Source: an uncultured virus (IMG/VR IMGVR_UViG_3300022927_001927)
Lineage: Duplodnaviria > Heunggongvirae > Uroviricota > Caudoviricetes
Length of the DNA: 64,000 nt
Direction: 5' to 3' (one strand)
Virus record (IMG/VR): IMGVR_UViG_3300022927_001927
A program made the translations under genes and the position numbers. Positions 48,194 to 59,200 of this stretch are shown here, in pieces. Each line of letters opens with the position of its first letter. Position 1 is the first letter of the stretch. The notes under the pieces were generated by a model. That model was not told the origin of the DNA. It was given only the letters and a program-made list of their open reading frames with translations, and searched no databases.

Positions 48194-49417
48194 ATGAAGA
48201 AAACCGGCAGACATACATTTGTCATCGACGGAAACTACTTTTTGTTTAGGACTCTATATGTTATACCTAGCCGTTCAAAAAAGAAAGGTTTATTAGGTAC
48301 TGATGAAGAGGTCCAATCATTTGTCAAAAAATTGGCAACCGATTTTGCTTATCAGATCCGATTATTTGAAGGACTTATAGATCGTGTTGTTTGGACAGTA
48401 GATTCTAGGTCATGGCGTAAAGACTTTTACCCAGAAGCTGATTATAAGGGTAACCGTAAGCAGGACAGTAATATTAACTGGGATAATTTCTCTAAAGCTA
48501 CATCTGATTTTATTTCCATTCTATCTAAGCAAGGTGTTATCATTTCTAAAATTGATGGTGCTGAAGGTGATGATCTTATGTATGCGTGGAATACAGAATC
48601 ACTCGCAAATGACAAATCAGTAATCATGTTTACTGGTGATAGGGATCTTGTTCAATTAGTAGATAAGAGTAAAAACAATAATACCCATACTATTCTATTT
48701 TCACCAGCACATAAGAAGCTGTACACTTACCAAGGATTTTCTGAATGGTTAGATACTGAGGATGTTTCAGAAACTTCTGATGATGTATTTGATGTTCTTA
48801 AGGTTTCTGTTTCTCCAGAAAACCAAGCCAAGAAATTACTTAAAGACTTGGTTAAAAAGAAAAAGGCATCTATTATTGAAATAGACCCAGAAGACTTCCG
48901 TTTCCGTAAAGTTCTTACTGGTGATGCTGGCGATAATGTTCCTCCTGCATATTACTATACTTCAAAAAATCGTAGATACGGTATCAGTGAGAAAAAGGCA
49001 ACTGCTATCATTGCAGAGTTTAAAGAAAAACATGGCCATCTTTCTCATATGTATCTTTATAATGAAGAGTATGTAACTGATTTAGCCAATATGGTTATTC
49101 GGGTTATGAATGCAAAACATATGAGCCGAGAGCAAATTATTGCAAATATTAAATCTAATGTTAATCTTATGGTTCTTGCTGCTGAATCAATCCCAGAAGG
49201 TATTTTGGATGAAATGTTTAAATATGTTGAATCTAAAATGAATCAGAAAGGACTACAATTAAAGACTATCTCTACTATGAAATCCTTATTGGAAGGAACT
49301 GAATATGCAAAAGAAGTTGACAGTTCCTTTAAGGCATCGTTCTTTAAAGATGACGATGATGATGAGGGTGATCTTTCTTTTATTAAGGACACTAAAAAAC
49401 AAGATAAGATTTTTTAA
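48194..49417 (+). CDS. 5'-3' exonuclease / T4 RNase H-like
   Basis: IDGNY, WRK...YKGNR, EGDD, TGDRD, GDAGDNV. Confidence 0.9.
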   Translation: MKKTGRHTFVIDGNYFLFRTLYVIPSRSKKKGLLGTDEEVQSFVKKLATDFAYQIRLFEGLIDRVVWTVDSRSWRKDFYPEADYKGNRKQDSNINWDNFSKATSDFISILSKQGVIISKIDGAEGDDLMYAWNTESLANDKSVIMFTGDRDLVQLVDKSKNNNTHTILFSPAHKKLYTYQGFSEWLDTEDVSETSDDVFDVLKVSVSPENQAKKLLKDLVKKKKASIIEIDPEDFRFRKVLTGDAGDNVPPAYYYTSKNRRYGISEKKATAIIAEFKEKHGHLSHMYLYNEEYVTDLANMVIRVMNAKHMSREQIIANIKSNVNLMVLAAESIPEGILDEMFKYVESKMNQKGLQLKTISTMKSLLEGTEYAKEVDSSFKASFFKDDDDDEGDLSFIKDTKKQDKIF

Positions 49418-49455
49418 ACATATTGCAATTACTTCATATAAATATAAAATAGGAG

Positions 49456-49872
49456 ATGAAATTATTTGACTATATAAAAGTTCTTTTCGGAAAGGATGAA
49501 CAGTGGGATAAAGTAACAAACTATGATAAGTCTAAAAACTCTTTTATGACTAATCGGTTTATGAGTATTAAGTTTCCTATTCAAGCAAACTTATTTAATT
49601 CTCTTAAAACAGATCCGGCCGGTCAAGCCGAGGCATGGAGATTGGTCGCATCAAAGTTTAATAGGGTTCCTGGATTTATTTACACAAAGGTAAAAAAGTC
49701 ACCAAAAGAAAAAGCAAAGGAATGGTCACCTAATCCTAAAGCTTTAGAACAATATATGAAGTTCAATGAAATTGGTGAACGTGAATATAAAGAAGCACTA
49801 AAATATGACCCATTACAAGTTCGTTCTGCGATAGATATATTAGAAAAACAGATGGGTAATGATGCTAATTGA
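49456..49872 (+). CDS. Putative clamp loader small subunit (gp62-like)
   Basis: LFDYI, FMTNRFMS; size and middle-type promoter. Confidence 0.45.
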   Translation: MKLFDYIKVLFGKDEQWDKVTNYDKSKNSFMTNRFMSIKFPIQANLFNSLKTDPAGQAEAWRLVASKFNRVPGFIYTKVKKSPKEKAKEWSPNPKALEQYMKFNEIGEREYKEALKYDPLQVRSAIDILEKQMGNDAN

Positions 49873-50530
49873 TAACACCTTTGAACTAGGAATTCCAACA
49901 CATATAAAATTTACTCTTTTTAAGTATGATTACTTTGATAGTATAATTATTAGTAGAGTAAAAAAAGAGTGTAAGAATTTAAACTTATCAAAAGATGGTA
50001 ATGAATATACTGTTAAAGTATCTTCTTTTCTTAATGCTATAAAAACAAGTAAGCGTTTACGTACCGAAATAGAAAAAGCTGAAAATTCTGGTTTTTTACC
50101 TAATCCTGCACTTAAGCCTAATTCTGTTTACTTTATTGTTTCTATTTTAAGTAGATTAGAAAATTTAGAATTTCTAACTTTTAGTGTAAATGATGATAAA
50201 AAATACACAAGATTAGTTAAAGGCGAATCTGGGCATGTCTTAAGTTTTTATTTCAGTATTCTTGAAGGCATTTTTGATTTAACACAGCTCTTGGATAGAA
50301 AAGAATTAGATATTTTTAATAAGACACTTATTGAATATAGGATCATGGATAACAAGTATCTTGATAGAAAGCCTTATTTCTATATGAAAGCTAGTGCTTT
50401 ATTAGATATCTTAACTTCAATGGAAATTGATGGCAAACTAGATGCATATGGGATTATTGATCAAATAGATCCTAAATTAGAGGAAGACGATCCTATCTTA
50501 GTTGTCAAAACAGATTACACCCCATATTAA
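49859..50530 (+). CDS. Hypothetical protein
   Basis: ORF track. Confidence 0.6.
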   Translation: MMLIDNTFELGIPTHIKFTLFKYDYFDSIIISRVKKECKNLNLSKDGNEYTVKVSSFLNAIKTSKRLRTEIEKAENSGFLPNPALKPNSVYFIVSILSRLENLEFLTFSVNDDKKYTRLVKGESGHVLSFYFSILEGIFDLTQLLDRKELDIFNKTLIEYRIMDNKYLDRKPYFYMKASALLDILTSMEIDGKLDAYGIIDQIDPKLEEDDPILVVKTDYTPY

Positions 50531-50546
50531 GTAGAATATATAAATC

Positions 50547-51071
50547 ATGATAAGAAGGGATTCATACACATTTACAGGAAATGAAAATTTACCATCTGAA
50601 TCTTGGATTCCGTATTTTTCGCAATCCACTGTTGGTAATTCATATACAATTTTATGGAATGATACTGATGATGAATTAATGATGTCCAATACTGAATATG
50701 AGTTTTCAACATATCAGCCTTTCTTTAATGAATTATTTAATGGAGCTAATGTTTTATCTATAGGTTATGGTATAGGTTTTATTAATGATGAAATTACAAG
50801 AAATAAAGCTACTATGACTGTCATAGAACTTCATCCAGAAGTTGTTGCATTGGAAACTAGAAATATTGAAAATATTACAATGATATATGCAGATGCATAT
50901 AACTGTGATTATCAAAAACTATTTCCAACTGAAAAATTTGACATTATCTTATTTGACCCATCAGGGTATGATAATCCTAATAAAAACTTTCCAAGAAACC
51001 CTCTAAACGAAATCTTAACACCTGACGGTATAATGATGAGATGGAGTCATGCAGGATGTCACTTAGTTTAA
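50547..51071 (+). CDS. SAM-binding, spermidine-synthase-like methyltransferase fold protein
   Basis: VLSIGYGIG, VIE, ADAY, FDIILFD. Confidence 0.65.
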   Translation: MIRRDSYTFTGNENLPSESWIPYFSQSTVGNSYTILWNDTDDELMMSNTEYEFSTYQPFFNELFNGANVLSIGYGIGFINDEITRNKATMTVIELHPEVVALETRNIENITMIYADAYNCDYQKLFPTEKFDIILFDPSGYDNPNKNFPRNPLNEILTPDGIMMRWSHAGCHLV

Positions 51072-51113
51072 CCTGTTAATTTCTAAGAATATATAAACAA
51101 ATAATGTTTGTAT

Positions 51114-51509
51114 ATGAAATCATTTCTTAGAAGATGTTGTGATTCAAAGCGAGAATGTGTTACTTACCTTGTTGTTTTTCTATGGGTATCAGTAGGTGTA
51201 TTAGCTACTTATTTTGACACCGATTTTACTCAATTAGCCGGATACTTTATTTCTCTTACTGGATTCGTTGCTTCTTATATCTTTGGTGAAAGTATGAGAC
51301 CTAGCGAAGATACTTCAATTTTTCTAAAAGGAAAAAATAGTAAAAGAGAAGTCTTAATGTATATAACAATTGCTTTATGGGCAATCGTAGGTATATGGGT
51401 CATTGTAAAGAACGCGGATTTAATAGGAGCCAGCGCTTACTTTGCTGCACTAACACCATTCGTAGGATCTTACATTATTGGAGAAACATTTAAAAAAGAA
51501 AATTCTTAA
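51114..51509 (+). CDS. Four-TM membrane protein with internal duplication (holin candidate)
   Basis: Two copies of SKRE...W...YFxxLTxFVxSYIxGE. Confidence 0.65.
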   Translation: MKSFLRRCCDSKRECVTYLVVFLWVSVGVLATYFDTDFTQLAGYFISLTGFVASYIFGESMRPSEDTSIFLKGKNSKREVLMYITIALWAIVGIWVIVKNADLIGASAYFAALTPFVGSYIIGETFKKENS

Positions 51510-53465
51510 ATGGCAGTTAACGGAACAACCACAGACGCAAACGGTGATGCTATACTTATAAGCCTACAAGAACCCTATAAAAATGTTGTTGAGGTTGTAG
51601 GATACTCTGATGTTACTAAAGGGGAAAACACTGGAGTTTATTTTAATAAACAGTTTAGGTGGGGAACCGATGGTGTCACTTATTCTGATTACGTGGCACT
51701 TACAAATGCGAATCTAGAGGCCTTACTATTAGATCCAAATAAACCATTTTGGATTCAGTATAGGTATGAACAGGTGGGCGATGGCACATTGGAATTTGAA
51801 TCTATTGCTCTAGAATTAGTAACAGATGGTGGAATTATCTGTAAAGTTCCGCAAGTTCAGTGTGGAGCTGAAGGCTGTGTTGGCGTTCCTAACCTAGTAG
51901 TAGATTGCTGTGGAGGATCTTGGAATCCTTATGATTTAAGTAGAGCTTCGTCGATGTATAATCAACTATCAGCAGTAGCATCTAACTTATTTGGGTTCTG
52001 TGTTGACTATTTTAAGACAAAAGCTGACCAAAGAAGTCGAGATGTTATACTTAAAGAATATTCTTTATTTGATGTTATATCAGAAGCCGAAGTAAAAATA
52101 CTTATTCCTGATAACGAATTACCTACAAGAGAAATCCAGTTTAATCCAATGATGATGGATTTTCCTGTGCAGTTTGAAGTTCATATTGTTAAGTCTGCAT
52201 TTGAACAAGTGTTCGGTGTTGGTGCAAAACCAGAAATGAGAGACTATCTATACTTTAAACAGTATATGAATAGAATGTACGAAATTGATGCTGTTGCGGA
52301 AGCAGATGATTTTCTTTACTCAGGATCTTATTGGAGAGTAAGTCTTGTTCCGTACCAACAAAGAACTGCAGTTGGGTTTGATAATACCCTAGAAGGTAAA
52401 AATGCAGAAATTGATACTAAGGCTCTTGTATCTGATCTTAATAAATTTAAACAAGAAAGAGAAGATGAATTTGCAGATGTAAGAAAACCTAATCAGTATA
52501 ATACTATAGGTACATTAGCAAATGATTATGTTAGAAGAATCTTAGATAAGAAGCTTATTATTAAAGAAGAAAATGTTTATAATGAATGGACTATCATTTC
52601 AAAGTATCATTATAAGTTAGGTTCTATGGCAAGAGGAACTGAAGCCATAGAATATAGATATAATCAAGGGTGGGCTCAAACTGATGATAGGGCATTTACA
52701 TTTTGGTTAAATCCACAATACACAACACCTGTTGGAAAAAATATACTTATCTTATCAATTGTAGATAAAGGTGGTAAAGTACAGTTTAATACAGGCGGGT
52801 TACCTACATTTGGTCAGGCTTTAAATATTGGAGACTGGGTATCTGTGAGTGGTACTAATTCATATAATGGCATTCATAAAATAATTGAAATCAACGGTGA
52901 TTCTATTGTACTAGATGAATCCTTTATAGATGATGCTACTTCAGGGACCCCTAAATTTAATAAAGAAGCTAGTAATAATTTCATGGTATATGAAAATGAA
53001 TTATTACCTCCTACTAATTTTGTTTCTATGACTTATACTAGTAATTGGTTCATTATGAAAATTAATGAAACTTATTATAAGTGGAAGCTATCTCAACCTC
53101 TTCTTAAAGATGAATGGTATGCATTAGTTATAAACTTAAATGCAACTGCAAGACAGCTAAGTCTATTTGTCTATAATACACCAGCTCAAACCGGCGCGAT
53201 TAATCCAGAGTTTACTGCAACATTAACTAAGATATTTAATGAGACTAAAGTATATGACTTGGTTAATGTTCCTAATGATCAATCTTGGAAACTATTGGGT
53301 TGCCAAACAGATTTAACAAATATTAGAATTTGGAAAAAGCCAATAGAAGAAGAGCTGCATAGCTTAATCTTAAGTCAATATGTTGTTAAGGATACACATT
53401 TAACTCTCCTTTTAGACAATGCTTCTCCTGAACTGTTACTACCAACAGTTTCTGATGCCCGATAA
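51510..53465 (+). CDS. Neck protein (gp14-like core) with extra N- and C-terminal domains
   Basis: FGFCVDYF, KP...DYLYF...RMYEI; LamG-like C-terminus (WYALV, NIRIWKK). Confidence 0.55.
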   Translation: MAVNGTTTDANGDAILISLQEPYKNVVEVVGYSDVTKGENTGVYFNKQFRWGTDGVTYSDYVALTNANLEALLLDPNKPFWIQYRYEQVGDGTLEFESIALELVTDGGIICKVPQVQCGAEGCVGVPNLVVDCCGGSWNPYDLSRASSMYNQLSAVASNLFGFCVDYFKTKADQRSRDVILKEYSLFDVISEAEVKILIPDNELPTREIQFNPMMMDFPVQFEVHIVKSAFEQVFGVGAKPEMRDYLYFKQYMNRMYEIDAVAEADDFLYSGSYWRVSLVPYQQRTAVGFDNTLEGKNAEIDTKALVSDLNKFKQEREDEFADVRKPNQYNTIGTLANDYVRRILDKKLIIKEENVYNEWTIISKYHYKLGSMARGTEAIEYRYNQGWAQTDDRAFTFWLNPQYTTPVGKNILILSIVDKGGKVQFNTGGLPTFGQALNIGDWVSVSGTNSYNGIHKIIEINGDSIVLDESFIDDATSGTPKFNKEASNNFMVYENELLPPTNFVSMTYTSNWFIMKINETYYKWKLSQPLLKDEWYALVINLNATARQLSLFVYNTPAQTGAINPEFTATLTKIFNETKVYDLVNVPNDQSWKLLGCQTDLTNIRIWKKPIEEELHSLILSQYVVKDTHLTLLLDNASPELLLPTVSDAR

Positions 53466-53495
53466 CTCGGAATATATAATACAAATTTAGTATTA

Positions 53496-54104
53496 ATGGA
53501 AGATAACTCAAAAGATAAGTTTAGAGATAGTTTGGGTGATTTACTTAGCGATTTACCAGATGAAGTACCTGGACTAAGTGAAACACCAGAATTACCTAAG
53601 GTTAGAGCAGAAGGTACACAAGCCGTTGCGATGACTAAAGCCAAAGGAAAGGCTAAAAAGGTAATGAGTAGTTTACTTAAGTTTTATTTAAGTGAAGAGA
53701 TCATAGCAGAGCATGAATACATTCAAGCTAAAGCTCAGCTTGATGAATATGCATTAGGAATGTTAATAAGACAGATGGAGAATAGTGAAATTGCTATTTC
53801 TACTCTTATGGATACTATTAATGAAGGCGATGTATCCCCTAGAATGTTTGAAGTACTTAGTGACTTACAGAGAACTCTCCTAGATATAATTAAATCACAG
53901 ACAATGTACATGGTAGCTATAGAAGAAAATGCCAAAAAGACATCACGTGATATTGATGTTTATCACGGAAGCCCTGAAGGAGATAGTAGACAAAAATCAC
54001 AAGGGCTTAAGTCAAGAGGTACAAAAGATTTAATGAGAGCTTTACAAGAAACTATTAACGAAGAAGATATACAAGATGTCGATAGCGATGAAGATGAAGA
54101 ATAA
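53496..54104 (+). CDS. Terminase small subunit (gp16-like)
   Basis: SPRMFEVL motif, GTKDL near C-terminus; upstream of TerL. Confidence 0.6.
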   Translation: MEDNSKDKFRDSLGDLLSDLPDEVPGLSETPELPKVRAEGTQAVAMTKAKGKAKKVMSSLLKFYLSEEIIAEHEYIQAKAQLDEYALGMLIRQMENSEIAISTLMDTINEGDVSPRMFEVLSDLQRTLLDIIKSQTMYMVAIEENAKKTSRDIDVYHGSPEGDSRQKSQGLKSRGTKDLMRALQETINEEDIQDVDSDEDEE

Positions 54105-54357
54105 TTATATTCTTGTAGAAGAAATTCCACAAGAAGCTGTAACATCAGGTGGTATTATTATCCCTGAGGAAAAATATAACCGTAAAGCAAAGGTACTATG
54201 TTCAGATAATGATCAGGTCAAAGAAGGTGATACGGTAATAAAAACAATAGGCAAAGGTACTGAATATACATTAAATGGTAAGAAAGTAGAAATCTTACAC
54301 TTAAATCATATCCTTGCCGTTATAGAAGAAAATGGCACAGAGACCACAAGCACCTAG
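54094..54357 (+). CDS. GroES-like co-chaperonin
   Basis: NYILVE, TSGGIIIP, VKEGDTV, ILAV. Confidence 0.8.
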   Translation: MKNNYILVEEIPQEAVTSGGIIIPEEKYNRKAKVLCSDNDQVKEGDTVIKTIGKGTEYTLNGKKVEILHLNHILAVIEENGTETTST

Positions 54358-56149
54358 TGCAGGATTTGACTTTAATATAAGTAAAGCTCAACAAGCCTTT
54401 TCATGGACTAGTGAAGCAGTAGAGCAATTAATGCTTGCTATTGAAGAAGGGTATAAACCTGCATCAACACCATTCTACGAAGGTAATCCTAACCTAAGAA
54501 AAGGAAACATTGTATTTAATTATACTCCTCATGAATTAAAGGAGATTAAGAAGTGTGCAACTGACATTGTATATTTTGCAAATACATACTGTACTGTTAT
54601 GACAGATCATGGTCTACAGACTATTGAGCTTAGAGCATATCAAGAAGACATGCTAAGACAGTTTCAGGCAGAGAGATTTAATGTATGTTTAGCAAGTAGA
54701 CAGGTTGGAAAAACAATATGCTCTTCAATTTTTATTGCATGGTATTCATTATTTAACTTTGATAAAAATTCATTAGTACTTTCAAATAAGGGTGCAACTA
54801 CCAGAGAGATTATTGATAAGGGTAAAACTATCCTTGAACATTTACCTTTCTTTTTGAAGCCAGGTGTTTTAAAATGGGATGTATTTAATTCTAAGTTTGA
54901 TAATGGTTGCCGTATCATTGGTCAAACTACAACTAAAAAGGCTGCGATTGGTTTTACCATTCATTTACTATTCATGGATGAGTTTGCTCACATTCCCCAA
55001 AACTTTGTAGAAACATTTTATGAAAACGTGTATCCAACGGTATCCGCTTCTTCAAACTCAAAGGTTATTATTACAAGTACACCTAATGGGTTTAATAAGT
55101 TTTATGATATTTACTCCGCCGCTGAATCTGGGTTAAGTGAATATACTCCATTTCGAGTAGATTGGTGGGATGTGCCAGGTAGAGATGAAAAGTGGATGCG
55201 CCAAGAGGTTGCAAACTTAGGAAGTGAAGAAGCATTTAATAGACAATATGGTAATCAGTTTATTGCAAGCTCGTCTCTTTTATTAGGAGCAGATAGTCTT
55301 AAGAAACTAACAACAAACCAAGTAGAGTTTGTACATAGAGAAATGCCTGAATTTGATGAAGAGTCCGTAAAGTATGATGGATTAGTTTGGGATCCTTCTT
55401 TTGATTTAGAAGAATGCCAAGAAGATTCAAATTACTGGGTATTTTCAGTTGATATTGCAGAGGGTACAGGTGGAGATTATTCTATTGTTAATATTTTCAA
55501 AATTGAAATAATGGACGAGAAGGATTGGAAAAAGGTTGCATCGCCTGGTAGCTTTGTTGACTTCTATCGCATAAGACAAGTAGGTAGATTCAGAAGTAAC
55601 GAACATACTATTGAAGAATTTGCAAAATCTGTTTACCTCTTAGCTTATGATGTCTTTTATTCAGAAAATGTAAAAATGATTATTGAATGGAATATGTTTG
55701 GTGGAGAACTAATAAAAAGGTTAGAAACGGTTTTCCCTCAAAGAAATGATTTTGATGAAGAAGCTGTAGTTAAATTTAAACATAGAATAGATGCTCGTAC
55801 TAAGCAATTCGGTCTAAAGGTTAAAAAAGATAACAAGCCTATCTTTTGTCAAAACTTTAAAAAATACATAACACAAAATAAAATAATCATAAAAGATAAA
55901 CAAACGGTCTATGAAGCATCTACTTTTGGTAAGATGCCTAACGGTTCTTATGCCGGTCAATTAGGTCACGATGATCTTATTATGACATGTATAAATAGTT
56001 CTGAATTCTTCTTTACATTAGACTTTTCAGATTTTGCAGAAGAGATCCATGATGTAATAGAGCAGTCAGTTCAAGATAAAATTGATGCTATACTTGAACA
56101 AGATGCGAAGGGTGGAAATCTTAACTATGATATCTACGACCTGGTATAA
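54332..56149 (+). CDS. Terminase large subunit (gp17-like)
   Basis: SRQVGKT, FMDEFAH, ITSTPNG, VDIAEG, HDDL. Confidence 0.95.
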   Translation: MAQRPQAPSAGFDFNISKAQQAFSWTSEAVEQLMLAIEEGYKPASTPFYEGNPNLRKGNIVFNYTPHELKEIKKCATDIVYFANTYCTVMTDHGLQTIELRAYQEDMLRQFQAERFNVCLASRQVGKTICSSIFIAWYSLFNFDKNSLVLSNKGATTREIIDKGKTILEHLPFFLKPGVLKWDVFNSKFDNGCRIIGQTTTKKAAIGFTIHLLFMDEFAHIPQNFVETFYENVYPTVSASSNSKVIITSTPNGFNKFYDIYSAAESGLSEYTPFRVDWWDVPGRDEKWMRQEVANLGSEEAFNRQYGNQFIASSSLLLGADSLKKLTTNQVEFVHREMPEFDEESVKYDGLVWDPSFDLEECQEDSNYWVFSVDIAEGTGGDYSIVNIFKIEIMDEKDWKKVASPGSFVDFYRIRQVGRFRSNEHTIEEFAKSVYLLAYDVFYSENVKMIIEWNMFGGELIKRLETVFPQRNDFDEEAVVKFKHRIDARTKQFGLKVKKDNKPIFCQNFKKYITQNKIIIKDKQTVYEASTFGKMPNGSYAGQLGHDDLIMTCINSSEFFFTLDFSDFAEEIHDVIEQSVQDKIDAILEQDAKGGNLNYDIYDLV

Positions 56150-56203
56150 AAAGTTATGTGTTAGTGGATATATAAAAAAAGCAAATAAAAAAAATAATAT
56201 AAG

Positions 56204-59200
56204 ATGGCACTAGATCCGAAAATCGCTTCGATTAAAGCTGCAGGTACTTACAGATTTGAGTTTGATAAGTCTCAAGTTGTTAGTATTCCTGCTAATCAGA
56301 CAAGGTTAATTGTCGGTTTCTCTAAAACTGGACCGTTTAACACCCCAGTTTTTGTACCAGATACTGCGTTCTTTAAGCAAGTATACGGCGACATTGATAG
56401 AAACTTAGAGAGAAAAGATTCTTATTTCCACAGAAGCTGTTTAGCAGCATTGGAAAGAGGACCTATCTTGGCTCTTAATCTTCTTAATTTAGACTCAAAC
56501 GATAAAGTTGAGTACATTAAGTTTGGTACTTCATCTACACCGGAAGTACAAAACAATTCAGGTGCAATGGGAGAATATCAAAAATTCTATAACAGAGATA
56601 AATTCTTCTATCCAGATTCTGACGCATTCCTAGATAACGTTGGAGCAAACAGACAGGTATTAAGTTCTACTACTACCAATGATCTTTTAGATATGGTAAA
56701 CTTAGGACAGAATCCAATTTCTGTTATTGTAAGAAAAGCATCTGCTGCAAACTCTGCAGGTTTTAATGTAACTGTTGAAGAATGGTACGGAGCTGCAAAT
56801 GTTCCAGGATTCTTAGATAAAGATAGTTTGGTATCAGACTTCTTAGTTGATATCTTTGTAATTGCAGGAAACTTCGGTGGAGACTTTAGTTCTGCAACAC
56901 CTTATGAAAGATTTGATTCTGATCCAATCTTCCAAACTTACTTTGATAAAACACAAGGATTGAAAAGAAGATTATTTGATTCTGATGCAACTGATACTAA
57001 GATTGCTGAATTCTTTAATGAAAGTGAAGTTAATGTTATTGCAACCTATACTGCATCATTAATTCCTGATTTTGTGGATTTACTTGGAAATAACCTTTTC
57101 GTAGAAAAAGTTGTTAATGCAAACACTGCATCTACCGGATTATTTATAACTGTTAATGAGGACCTCTTTAGTGGAGACTTTTTAATTGACGGTGTTGCTG
57201 GTGGTATTGATCTGATTGGACATAACCTTGAATATACTCAAGCTACTTCAATCCAGGATGATGTTAATTTCTTATCATACAGTGGAGCTATTGTTTCTGA
57301 TTTAAGTTATAACAGGGCTGCAACTGTACCTAATGTTATTACACAATCTACTGGGACTCTAATTTCTGCAACAACTGTTACTAGTGGAGATATTCAAATC
57401 CAAGTACAAGGAACTGCAGGTGATTCATTTTTTGATTCATTTGCTAATATGACTGCAAACAGCTCAACTGTTGTAGGTACCTATATCTTTGATTCTGTTA
57501 TTTCAAAATATGTTCCTGTTATATCTCACCAAGTTGTTGGAAATACAGTTACATTATTGTTATCATCTGTTGGTGGAGTTACTGATACTGACTTCCCTAC
57601 TTCTGGTGCAACATATACCTATATTAATGAAAGTGACTTTGGATTCGTTGCTGATGAACTTCCACTAGCTAATCCAACTGCAGGTATCATCGGTTCTTAT
57701 GGATCTATGTTATATAGCCAATTTGCTAACGGTACACTTACTGATGGTGATGAAGCAGTATACTTAGATGGTGGAACTCAATATACTTCATACTTAGTAT
57801 TTAATGCTATTGATTATGGGTTTATTCACGTAGGAACTCCAACAACTGCTGTTGATACTGTTGCAATATCTGACCCGGCATATAGCTTACCTTCTGTTCA
57901 GGTTCTTGCTTACCAGGAAGATGCATTTAATAACTTAACGCCTCATGCTGAATTTACTTTAGATGGTGCAGGTGTTTTCTTAAATTCTGATGCTGTTGCA
58001 TACGGTGCAAATGTTTTTGGAATTCAAACGCTGAAAGGTGCAAATAACCTTTCAATTGATATCTTGGCTGATTCGTTAACCGAAACTGCTCTTAGACCTA
58101 ATCAAATATTAATTGATGCTGCTAATCCTGATGCTGCTGATGTAGTTGTAGGAAATTACTTAGTACACTTTGAAGGTTCTGTTAATGTTCCTCACTCAAG
58201 GTTAACAAGAATTAATGTTGTACAAGGAGGATTAACTAATTCTGAATACAGCACAATTCCTGCAGGAAAAACTGCATTATTAGTAACTTGCCAAAGTGAA
58301 ATTTCAACTTCTACTGCAGGTGGAGTTAAAAAGGTAGAATTGTACTATCCAATTGATGCATGGGTTGATTACTTAAATGTATTCACTTTAGATGGATTTA
58401 AATTAGATAACACTAAACATGTTCCTGATGGATCAAACCAAAGACAAAATGCTATATTAAATGGTACTCTTAACGGAACTAATCTATTTAAAGCATTAAC
58501 TGATAGAGATGTTATTAACTTCCGTTATGTCGTTGATACTTTTGGAAACGGTATTGAAAGTGGATCTAAAGCAATCTATACAAACCTCTGTTCTACTAGA
58601 AAGAATGCATTTGCTATTCTGAATGCACCTTCTGCTAAGGACTTTAAGGCTAATACTGATCCTACATTCTTGGATGCTACTGGAACTCTTTCATCTAGAT
58701 TTATTTCTACTGGTGGAGATCTTAGTAAAAATCCAACTGTAAGATATTCATTACCATCTCAAACACAAGGTGCGAGTTGGGGAGCATTCTATTATCCTTA
58801 CATTACCGTAAGAGATCTTGGGAAGAATATCAATGTACCACCCGCTGCATATATTTCTAATAACTTTATTGCAAAATATGAAAATGCTTTACCATGGTCA
58901 TTAGTTGCAGGTGTTCGTAGAGGTGTTGTTGGTGGAACTGGTGTTGTCGGCTTAGAATTAAATCTTGGAAAAGAGGACAGAGAATACTTGGAGCCATTTG
59001 GATTGAATCCGATTGTATTCCAAAGTGGAACTGGTCCAACAATCTTTGCTAACAAAACTGCACAGCAGACTACAAAATCTGCATTAAGTTCAATTAACGT
59101 TAGAGAGGTTGTAATTTACATCCAAGATGGTATTGATGCAATTCTTAAAAACTACTTGTTTGAATTTAATACAGCTCAAACAAGATTGGAAATTAAAACA

